From: Balanoglossus misakiensis
Taxonomy: Eukaryota; Animalia; Hemichordata
Assembly (NCBI GenBank): GCA_040954595.2
Contig: CM082577.2
Location: forward strand, 4,402,305 to 4,466,304
DNA length: 64,000 bases
Direction of reading: 5' to 3'
Below the pieces are notes generated by a model. That model had not been told where the DNA came from. It ran no database searches and worked only from the letters and a program-made list of their open reading frames with translations. The position numbers were made by a program, and so were the translations under genes. This document shows, in pieces, positions 26,222 through 38,200 of this stretch (its first letter is position 1; every line of letters starts with the position of its first letter).

Positions 26222-29200
26222 TCAGCAGTAGTCGTCCCCGTTGTAGATTTCCTCCTCGACGACCTCGCCGTCTTCCTCGTCGCTGATCCGGTCCTTGGCC
26301 TCTCCGCCGCCGCCCATTCCTCGGCCCAGCGGAATGTCCAGGGCCTTGTGGATGGCGTCCACCGTCCGGATGTTGACGTAGTAGGCCATGTTGATGGTGG
26401 GCACCCGCTGGCGCATCTCCTCCATGCAGTGGTAGGCCTGGACGGAATGAAAAATACCCACGGAGAAGCGTGTGAGTCTCTCTCACGTATCACACTGTTA
26501 TTGGAACATTCGATGGCTTTTGAAGAATACAATTGGAAGAATACAATTTCACAAGATATGACTTGGGCTCAAGGCACTGTGATTGTCGACTGAACTGTCA
26601 AGCAAATTCAAAGAAGTCCAAGTCTATAAGCAGCAGTATTCTCAGAACAGTGTAAATACATGTGCCAGTATTCCTTTTATTGCATACACTGCATTATACA
26701 ATAGAAATATACACATTATACAACTGTTCACTTCCCTTCTTTTAACGCCCAAATCACACGGGGCCAATAATGCACTTGATACTAATTGCGGTTACCACAG
26801 AAAAAGCGCTCACCTGTTTGTACTTCTCGTGCCTGGCATAGTGTTCAATCATGAGTCCGTAGACGTCTCCGATCCGAACGGCGCTGTCCACATCCGACTC
26901 CTCCAGCAGAACCTGACATTGTTTCATGGCTTCTTCCGGGTCTTCATCGTACAGTCTGCAACGGAAAAGACACCAACCGTTTTTAATACATTCCTGTTCT
27001 TTCTTTGAAAAAAAGGTATACCGGATGCCTCTCCCAATAGGGGTCGCTCATTGATACAGACAAGAAACTATCGTGACATGGCACGGCAGATTATTTTTCA
27101 CTTGGAAATTAAAGATCTGTCTGGTTGAAAAAAGGTGACATGATGGAACACAGTTTATTGACTGATGACTGCTGAGATACCAGCAACGTTTCACAGTCGT
27201 GTTCTGGCTGGCGCACATACCACACACTCCTTGGTTCTGGAATGAACATGAAAAGGACGCAAACTCGTTTCAAGAACTCCATGAAGACCACACAAAAAAA
27301 CACATCGATTTTCTTGCTTTCTTCTCTCACACGACCACACACTCCAACTGCAACCTCGGAACCCAGTGATGCAAATCTCGGTCCACTCACCGTCTGGCCT
27401 GCACAAACTTCTTGACTAATCCGATCCGGTGCTTGAGATTGGCTATTCTCTCCTCTTGCTGCGAGACGTTCTTCATCTTGGCCTTGGTCAGGCATTTGTA
27501 GGCTTCGCTCATTGCGCCCAGGGCTTTGTCGTAGTTCTGGTACTCGTCAATCTCAACCTGCGATATCGACATTCAAAAAACTTGCTCTTAATTTTAGCAA
27601 CACCTTAGACTAGAAAATAGCACTGCATTGAAACAAGAGTGGTGCAATTTTATATACTTGAAATACTCATTTATTTCACCATTCACGATTAGATATGGTT
27701 GTTTAATTTTCTTATCCAGGAAAGTGTATATGGGATTATCTGTCCAAGGGCAGTTGAAATCATTCTGAGTGACACAATACCTCTCAAGATTTTCAAAGCT
27801 GAAAAAATTTACTACATCGTCATTACTTCATTATGTCTTCTACAAAATTTATTAATACTATCACAGAACACATTCACTCTCACTTGCTGACTCAGTCAGT
27901 CAGTCAATCGATCACTCACTCAAAAAACCAACCAACTGTTCAACCAACTACTGACCACACACTATGTTTAAGTATTCCGCATCAAACACAGTACAGGCCA
28001 GACATTGAATGTGAACATCTGAGCTAGACCATCAGGGGATTTTTACTGACACCCCTCAAACCCGGATCCGCAACATCTGAACTCATCATCAACCTCCGTA
28101 ACAACAAGCTCTCACCTGGGCGCACGCGTCGTAAAATCCCGACAGTGAATCCAGAGCTCTTCCCTTGGTGTAGAAACCGATGATACTCTTCATGATCTCC
28201 GGATCTTTCCGCCAATCCAGAGACTGTAAATAGTTGGCCGCCATCACGTAGATCTCTTTCTGTCTCGACACTCCGGCAAAGAAGACAATCTTCTCGGTGT
28301 CGCCCGACTTCAACAGTGCTCTCATAGCCTGAAACGTAACAAGGGGAAAAACACATTTACAAGATAATCAAAGGATTACAATTATTGTGGTAAAGATTTC
28401 GTTGGTGAAGATGAATGGAAAATTTGATGAACTGACAAAATGCAAGAGCCAACAGTTGATAAGTTATGGTCATCACATATTTATATTTAGTTACTAATTA
28501 TTGCTTTTGAGATAAATACATGGATGGTGTCATCATTGATGAAGGGTAGGCTCACTCTTTCTGAACACGTTTTTCATGAGCCCCAATGGAACCAACTCTG
28601 TCATCGTGTGTATATTTCATTTCCGTTTTCCAGGAGGCCTAACTCTGACTTTGAACTGACCTTGACTTTATTGCCAGCCTGCGTGTACTTCTTTGTTGCC
28701 AGGTGATAAGAGCCCTGGGTGAAGGCGCAGTCAGCCACCTTCTCCAGCAGCTTAATTCTGGTTTCATTCGACACTTTGTCCGAGTCCTTGGGTATGGTCA
28801 TCTTCTCGGCCAGCTTCTCCGTGATGGTCACGTTGTGTTGTACGCACAGCTCCAGGGCTTCCAGGTACTGATGATTTTAATCAACACAAAAATGTTTAAA
28901 ACTTTCACCACCATAGTTCAGTCCAAACCCCATTGTTTTCTATGGTAAGTTTGGACCTCTGTAGAGGGAACTGGGGGTGAAAGGGTTAAGGATGTGTACA
29001 AACACTATGAGAACGTTTACAGTGTCTCCTCCCATATGGTTGCACTGAGTATTACGGTAGTAGAAAACCCACTCACATAATCAGACACTAAAGCAACTTT
29101 GCGACGTTTCTCTCTCAGGCCACCACCTAACATTTTCACACTCGCCAAGTGGAGCTGCATCATTCCTTTCATGTTTTTTGTTTATTCAGAAAACAAACTG

Positions 29201-32200
29201 AAACACACCCAAGCACCAAATCTTACCCTCTTGGCCACAACCAGCAGCTCCACAGCTTTGTCGTACTGCCCGTGCTCCATGAAGAAATCGGCACACTTGT
29301 TCAGAAGTGTCGGATCCGTCCTCTCGTCAAGGTCGTCCGCTATCAACTGCAAGGCTCCAAACTGTTCCGTTCTGAATGCCAAGTCCAGAGCTTTGGAGAA
29401 GTGACCACCCTGCGTGCATGAACAGAGCAAGAAACAGTTAAGATGGCAGAACAAAATGGCAGCCAATCAGCCACGTTGGATCACACTGCAGCGCAACTCA
29501 TCTCAGAACAATGCTATCATGTCAGCATCGAAAGTAAGCGTACTAGAGAAACCTGGACATTATTTATGCCGTGAAGACAATCTGGGATCCGATGAATTCA
29601 ATTTCAAAACTGCCGTACCTTGTGGTAAAGCATCACAGCTTTGTCCTGTGTGTTGGGGTTATTCTCGTAATACCTAGCAGCCTCTATCATGTCTTCTTTG
29701 GTGCTCATCAACGCCAGGTTCATCAGTTGATCTTCCATTCCATTTTCCTGTTCGAGTCAAACGAATAGATTTATTCAATTTCAAAGCCAATGCATGTGGT
29801 GATTAGTTAAAGGGGAATATGCATAGTGCAACCTACCTTATGACTTTGCTATATAAAAATGTACTTACCTTGCATAAGCGGATGGCTTGACTGTAAGCTT
29901 GTGCTCTTGTGAAGAAATGAATAGCGTCTTTGACATTGTCCTGCAACAAACAGACAAATAACTGTCAAATAAATCCTGAAGGTGATCAGTACCTGTCACT
30001 TGATATCAGAAGTTTTCAAATTGCATGAATTTAAAGGGAGTGGTTTCAAATTCCCAAACTTTCCAGAAATCGTTTCAAACTCCAGAGCTTCAAGGAAATA
30101 TCCATATCCAGTTTCTGGACTTTCTGTGACAACTTTCAAAATCCTGGGGCAGTTTGAACTTCCAGGCCTTTTCTGAGACCACGGAAAAGCCTTCATAAAA
30201 AAACACACACTGCAAAACAAAGCTGTGTGCGGATTGTGAAAACACAAAATATACACAAGGCAATCGGGGCTGGTAGAAAAAGTGGTTATGATGTGTTAAT
30301 CTTTACTTTTATTTTCTTTCAAGAGTAACGCACTGGACACAGCTCAGAAGAGAACTTCCGAATGATGTCAGGGGTCACCAGGGGGGTCAAAGTGCAAAGG
30401 ATATCAGCAAGTGAAAGGGGTCAAATGTCATTAGTCTTGATTGAGGATAACACGGCCAATCAGTTATTTTAAATTAAAGTGGGAGGGGAGGGGAATTATT
30501 TGTTGTTTCTAAATATTCTGCTGAAGAAGAGTTCAGGACTTCACTCGGTGCATATTTACTTTAATGTGACTTTTGTTATCTACGGTCCAAAACACTTGAC
30601 TATGAAAACCATTCAGTGTCTGGACAGAAAGGCAGATGGTGACCTCAGTTAGAACATCGCCACAACGACCAGAGCAGCATGCAGTGCAGGGAATGTGACA
30701 ACACCACTCTCACTTCAAACACACTTTTGATTTTTGAAGTGGAGACTTTACCTCGTCAAACTGCAACACAGGGACAAATCACAACATAAAGATAATGAAA
30801 GAAAAAAGAAACTAGATCAAGATGACATATATCAAACAAATAAAAACACGAAAAGAACCTGATGTTTGTGTGAAAACACGCGACATGGGATGAAGACACA
30901 CATTTCAACACATTCAATGGACAGTCACACTCACACACATGCACACACACACTCAAACTCCAAATGGGGAGAAGAATTCTATTTCAATATACATTTCATT
31001 TTGTTTTATTCACAAAAGCATGTTTCAATACTCTTATGGCATTTCATTCCGATACTCTCCAATTTTAAGCTTTCGCTGGTGTTTGAATAATTCCTTCAAA
31101 CTTCTCTGCAAACATGCCACAGTTTCTGGGCTGGCTGACACTGGCTTCAAAATGTGATCAAGAATTGTACATTGAACGTGTCTCAACACCGCAGTGTTGA
31201 AACAAACCCATGCTTTACAACAGTGATGCAACGCAGATTCCATGGTAAATGCAATGCCGAAAATTATATCCAAAATTATTTGAGTCGATGTATTAAAATC
31301 TTGACATCATCCCTTCATTGACCTCTGTACATCACATGACACTCACATGACATGAAATGACCAATAACACTTTGTATCATTAGTGATGTAACTTCAATGT
31401 GTATCACATGACACTCACATGACAGCAAACAAGGACCAATGGGGTCGGCAAGTTGCTGGCTGGGGGGGGGGGGGGAACTTCAGGCACTATATTCTAGTCT
31501 ACCAAAAGCACAGAACCCATGCAGTGATGGAGATGAATTGGCAGCTAGCGTTGGCCGGCCATACAAAAGCAGGAATAATAAAAAACAGTTGTTGAATTAC
31601 CTCGTACAGAGCCACAGAGCCAGTGATCTTTGTATAACACAGAGTACACATAACATAAGCAGTGGTAACACAACAGATCAGAATACCCAGTACGCATCGC
31701 ATCAGATTTGTCCAAAATGCAAAACATCAAATCCAGGCACGCTTTTGCCCACCCTTTTTTCACAGCATTTTCTTTGTTTTGCATTCAGATTGCTAGGTCT
31801 TAAGCTTCTGCTGTCAATCATCCAATGTGATGTCTGTACACGCGCAACACACAGCATGTCATACAGGTGTGTGCTTTTGCTGGCAGACAATTTGCAACCA
31901 CACTGGCCTTCAACCAAAGCAGCGAGAACATCTTGACAAAAATGCAATTTTTTTTGGTCATAGCAGACAATTATTTCTTCCACGTAGAGTGATTTAGCAA
32001 GCCCTGAGGTCAAGGGTCAAGTTTCGTCTCGATATGCAACAGAATGAATCCCCACAAACTTGGAAGTTGTCTCACCTGATTTTCGTACTGCCTAGCCAAG
32101 TGATAGCATGCTGCTCTGTCACCGGTCTCGTTGCAGATTTCTGCTGCCTGTAAGAAAAAAGATCAGTTTTAAAATGACATACTTTGTTCATTGACATCCG

Positions 32201-35200
32201 ACTCATCTCTTCAGCCTCACCCCCTTCCCCCTAAAATGGGTAACCCTTGCCAATGAAAACAATGGGAACATACCAACACATGATACTATAGAGGTAGGAG
32301 CATTAGAGAAGCAGCAAAAGAAATACAAAATAATGCATTGTACAAAATGTGTTTTTCGTATAAGAGTACAACACACAAATGTACACATCTCTATGGGCAC
32401 GTGAGAGAATGACTTACTTTATCCATGTTACCGCAGTAACAATAGACCCTGCACAGAGATAAGTAGTCTTGCGCCGCTTCATAGAACTGCAAGGCTGTCT
32501 CCATCTCCCCTGTACTCTCCATGAACTGTGCCCACCACTTACGTAAAGCCCTGTGGAGGAGTTAATAAGAATGCGAAGAGATTTTCTGTGATGTTGAGTT
32601 TACAAAAACACTAAAGCCGATTGTTGGACAGAGGTGCTTTAGGGCAGGTACTTACTGTTAAACAAGAAATTTTCATTACGAACAATTTTTCATGAACTTT
32701 GCGAGAGCCAAAAAGTCTAGACAACAACAACAGCATATCACCTGTCTCACACCACATTGTATTGTACATGTTACGTGGTCTCTTATCAGAGAAAGAATGA
32801 TACACATCAAGTGCACTTGATATCAGGATTCAACTCACTTGTCTTTGGTCTTCATGATGTACGCCTCCAGAGCTTGCGGCTCATCAAACAACATCCTGGG
32901 CACTTCAAAACGGTGGGTGTCGGATTTCTCGTAGCTGAGAATTGAAACAGAAGATATCTTGTGATACAATTTGAATGCCACACACATTTGTGTGTACAGC
33001 AGACTTTAATAGAAACTGACATGCAAAATTGTGATTGTTGCTAATTGGCTAGTCTACTTGTGTTCCTTTGATATCCCTCATTGAGTGGGTATGTATGTAT
33101 GTATAAATGCATGCATGTATGAGTACATGCAAGTGGTCTTCATGAATGTACGGTGTGTGTGTGTGTGTACACATGTCCCATTTCCAGGGGTTTCAAGCCT
33201 GTTGTTACCCAAGTGCTGGAGTGCATACACATGTACTACTTACTTGGGTATTGCACCATTAATGTCCCCCTTGGCTTCTAAATGTTTTGCATAATTGTAG
33301 TAAGTTGTTCTGAGATGAATTCTGTCGTGCAGTTCAGCACATTCCATTGCCTGAAAAAACAATTAGGGAAGGATAAATGAGGCTGGTTGGTAAGGCTGTG
33401 GTCATCTCAGCTCCGTGTTTACCTGACTGTAACTTCTCTGTCCATCCTTACCTTCATGTACATATGCCAATCCTTATTTGTGGCTGTCTGTCTGTCTATT
33501 TGTGTGGGCATGTGTGTGTGTGCATGTCTGTGCTTTGTGTGCTGTCTGTGTTTGTGCTTTACACTTGTTCTTCATACGTGATGTCCAAAGTAAAAATGTG
33601 AAAAGTGTACAGTGTGGATGGGTCTCCAGATTAGACAGGTTCAGTTTAGGTTTCACTGTGTTGACGTGACCTGCGTATACCTGGTCTTAATCTTACCTTA
33701 CTCCACTGTCCACTGGACTGATAGAAATCGTTTAACAGATCATATCGTTTACATGTCTTGAACAGTCTCTCTGCATCGTCCTGTAGAGTAACACCATGAA
33801 GTTAGTCTCAACTTTTTGCTCTGCCATTCAAAGATGTGAAGGGTGACCTCCGATTTTTATTCTCAATTTTAGGGAGAATTTCCTATGGTTGCCTTGGGCA
33901 AAATATGAGAGAAACTTTAAAACATCAATTTTCGAGGCGCATTCAACCACAACCCTTTCAACCCCAGTTACCTCTACAGAGGTCCAACTTTACCACAGAA
34001 AACAAAGGATTTGGACCAAACCATGGTGGTAAAGGGGTTGTTAACAAACACCTACCAGTAACCCGAGCTGTACAGCCAGAGCGGCCACCCTGGCGTCTAA
34101 TTCTGGTTCTTTGTCGGCTTCTCTCAGGGCCTTGGCTCCTCGGGCGTGGCCCATGTTGCCGAGACACACCTTGGCAACGTCCAACCGCCTCGTCTTCACG
34201 CACATCTTGGCCATGTTTTCCCACACCGACTCACTGTCAAACGCAAACACAGGAAGATGAAACTATGTGAAAAGTTACGTCCCCACACAGACGTACTGAC
34301 CCTCTGAAAAGTTGGGTGAGGTGACAGCCAGGGGATTTAACATTAATTAACAGATATACGCAGTTATACGTAAAAGAATGAGTAATGTGTCCTCAGCTGT
34401 GAGGTTTTACTATTCCCCTGTTACACATAGTACATACACTAAACATTTGAAGTGGCTATTTATTTATTCAACATTTAGATTAGAACATGATTCCATATTT
34501 CACAGGTTCAGATGTGGTGATTAGACACAGCAATTCAGTTGTGTCCCCGGGCATTGCATCTCTTCTGTCCATGATGAGCCTAATGCAGTGTGGTGAGGAA
34601 CTGAATGTAAACAATGCAGGTCAAAAAAAAAAGCTGACAGTGATGATTTGGTTCGTAGTGGGTGCAAGGCCTAACTTATCAGTCCAGTGTTTCCCAACTA
34701 TTGACTGATCAGGCAATATTGTGGTCAATGATACATGAGAACAGTATAGCATACACACACACACCAAGACATCTGCATTCTCTGCAACTTGTGATGCTTA
34801 CACTTTTCTTTCTGTTTCTGACAGCAATTTTAGACACTACAGGCAAAACAGCCCACCGACTGTGGTCACATACTCACAGCGGACCTTCATAAAATCTAGT
34901 TTGTAATGCGTCAACAACAAAAATGGTTCCCAAGGTGCCATCTTCACTAAGAAGTAAAAGAACTCTACGTGTAAATGAATCAATGGTCTATGCCTGAAAT
35001 CTCTCTGATGTGACAAAGTTATATTGCAACATACATGGCGTAATAGCTGGAATAATTTTCTGTGGGGGACGGGATGACAAACATTCTGTTGGGGAAGGTG
35101 CTGTACTGTATGCTGCTACATGTACCTTCTCTTTAGTGGTAAGAGCAGACCAAAGAAAATGGTTGTGAACTCAGCTGGAGTAACTGTTTCCTATATCACA

Positions 35201-38200
35201 AACGGTCCTACATGAAAGTTAGTGTAAGATGACATGGAAACACAAGACATGTATTAATTACTTCTGACAACCATTCCAAGGGTTAGTCTGTACTAATCTA
35301 ACAACTTGAACTTAGTCGGTCTCACCTTTCATTTCTGTGTAAAATCCCATGCAAGATAATGTAGCATGCAAACAAGAACACAATATTTTTTCAGAACATG
35401 GAGAGATATAGCACTGTCGACACAGGGCTCCGTGCGAACACAGGTCAAAGGTCACATGCCACGAAGGCAAAATCCAAAAATTGCAAATGTAGCAATGTTA
35501 CACAAAACCATGGTTATGGACGACACTAGTCTATAAAATAAAAACTTGTGGAATTCATGCCACTAAAATATATGCATAATTAACACTATTAAAACCTTAA
35601 TTATTAAACAAGCTTCGCTTTTGCGAGACACGGCCAAGTTGGGAGAAAGTGCTGCTTGATGGAATTTATCAACTCTGAACTTTGACGTACACTTCTCTTA
35701 TGCCTTACAGACATGGCATTGTTGATCTCGGGGATCAAGTCTAGTTAGCATGGCCGCTAACAGATTCAGCACTGTGTGTGTACTGTTCCATATAAAAACT
35801 GCCAGACTATAACTTGACGTCAATCTCCTGGCATTAGCACCAAGTGACACACGGGAGGATATTGGAGTACTTTCGGAAAGAGCGATGATGCTGCTGACAC
35901 TGAAGATGCCTACTCTCTACGAACTTGCACGCCCCTAAGAGCCCGCAATGCTAGCGCTAGACAAACATTCAAGCCCTGGCTGCACTTCTCACATTTTTTT
36001 CCTAATCACTTTGCACATTGCATGACATGGATTTGCTGTCAAAGACAGATACATGTATAGTTGGATGATGGTGAACTCTGAGTTATCATTTTCTGTGGAG
36101 ACTTCGTGTCACGTGTGATGTCACTACAATGTGCAGCAAACTATAGATAAGGAAGCACATGCAGACAGGTTATAAATGGTCATTTTAACATTGCCAGGCA
36201 ACGGTAAACACAAACTATACATAAAAGCAACTAGCAGTGTATGGCTGTGATGGGATGGGACCTGACCGTACAAAACTACCGCTTTCTTTTTCCAATATAC
36301 TAAATATCATTATCGTTTAATAGAGGAAAATCTACAATTATATATGCTGATATTTTAAATCCAGCAGTGACTGTGAGAACTGAGCAGAACACAAAATACA
36401 GTGCACAGGTTTGTTGCGATAAGCCACATTTTAAAAATCGACCAAACACCGACAAGGAGAAACAAACATCGGAGAACAATCAGGGTTTTTACTGGAGCAC
36501 TGGCATTGCACTTTGTAAACAAAAGAATTTTGTCTTACGACACTGAGGACACTGTTCAGGAACCGCGCCCTCAATGTCAGATATGTTGGGTGACTGTGCG
36601 AGGTAGCGAATTCCCCCTAGACTAGACTACACGAACATGTAAAATAAAAGTGAGAAATATCTGAATTCTGAGTTACCTGTGTGAAAGTATACCTTCATCA
36701 CTGTCTAGATCAGAGTGAGGACTGATTTGATGAGGAAGTGACAGAATTGGAACAAAACAAGAAAGTACATCAAGTAAAACAGACTTTGGAGTGAAATGAC
36801 AACAGTCTGTCACCGATATTACCAATGTTCTATCGCAGTGTGTTGCGAGTGATTCCCAAGTCGGCGATGGCAACTTGTAATTGCACTGCCATCAAAGTAG
36901 AAGTCGACTCATTTCAGTTCAACCCTTGGAACCTGACCCTAGATGGTGTCGTAGGTCAGCAGATTTCAAAGGGTTGCGATGCTTTCGCTTTTGGTATTGA
37001 CAGATAATGACAACAGGATAAACCCATCATCCTGGCTTTCTGTTACTGGTATTGCATGACTGACTGACTGCTTGGTTATGATGCAACAGTCAGACAGTAT
37101 CAGCAGAGTCAGTACAGACTCCATGTATGTGTTTGAAACACGAACACATCACATTCCTGATTTGGACATTGACACACGACAACGGTATGATCGCAACAAA
37201 GACTGAGGGAAGCTAACAGACATGATATGACTGCCAGAACACAATACAAACACCCTCCAATCATAAATTTCAACTAAAACCGTGGGTCAGAGGAACTCAT
37301 CAACACTATAACTAAAATATATAAAAGCTAAGTTAAAACCATCTCAGTTGACCAATCTTACCCTTACACTTGAACTCTTAGACCACAGACACAGGATTGA
37401 TTCATGACGAATCTCATAGATGATGCATCACACACCTCAGAAATGATGCCAATGATCTTTGTAGACCACAAAGTATTATGGTGCCTCACATATCTGATAT
37501 CACACAGGTTTCGTTCTCTCAAAATTCTTGAAATTCCCAGAGCTTCCAATTTTTGGTGCTTTCCTGAGAGCATTTTGTTGCAAAGGGTTTCAGCAGTGCA
37601 GTAAGTCTACATCGCTTTGGTCTGACAAAATTTTTATGATACGTAATTTTTATTTTTACAACAGCACAGACGGAACAGGGCTAAATCACATTTCTAGGAT
37701 TTTAATTTTATACGAGAAAGAAATTTTGATTTTTTCCCCCTGGGAATTTCAATAAATGTTCAGAAGCATACGAACCCTGTCGTACCAACATGTCTTCCCA
37801 AACCACAAAAAATAAAAACAGTTACCTTTCTAGACACTGATTGCAAAGTGACTCACCTCTTGATGAGTTTGATGGCTTTGAAAGCCTCGTCCATGTTGCC
37901 GATGGTCAGAAAGTAGCTGAAGTTCATCATGGCATCCCGGGCGCTCTTGTCGCCGTCCTCCAAACCGACAAAGTCCCGCATGACCTGTCTGGCGATGGCG
38001 TTGCCCAGATTCGACAGGGGGCTGTGCGGATCATCGGGACCCATCTCTCCTTGCTACAGAAGGTTTTTGGGGAAAGGGGGACAGTTACGTGTCAAAGAGC
38101 ATGTATGTCACAGGCAACTGGTGATATCTATTTTCAGAAATCATAATCTGAACTAAGAACTCCAAAGAGGCAACTTCGTCAACCACGTCACTTATTAAAG

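Noticed and set aside
30521-30550. Hammerhead-like CTGAAGA followed by a GAGT/ACTC stem
   Set aside because: The required GAAA box is absent; at most a dead fragment.
34565-34640. C/D-box snoRNA-like pattern (ATGATGA..CTGA..CTGA)
   Set aside because: Antisense to the host transcript, only a 3-bp terminal stem, and no recognisable rRNA guide.
35120-35140. 3- or 5-nt microexon before a GTACAT donor
   Set aside because: Non-YAG acceptors and a weak donor.
35700-36060. Nested gene in the IFT140 intron
   Set aside because: The frames examined on both strands are short or featureless; no TMEM204/claudin-like motif found.
37356-37500. Further IFT140 cassette candidates (9 nt AGTTCAAGT at 37368-37376, or a 126-nt version)
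   Set aside because: Weak acceptors; the stronger neighbouring donor would include an in-frame stop. Too ambiguous to call.
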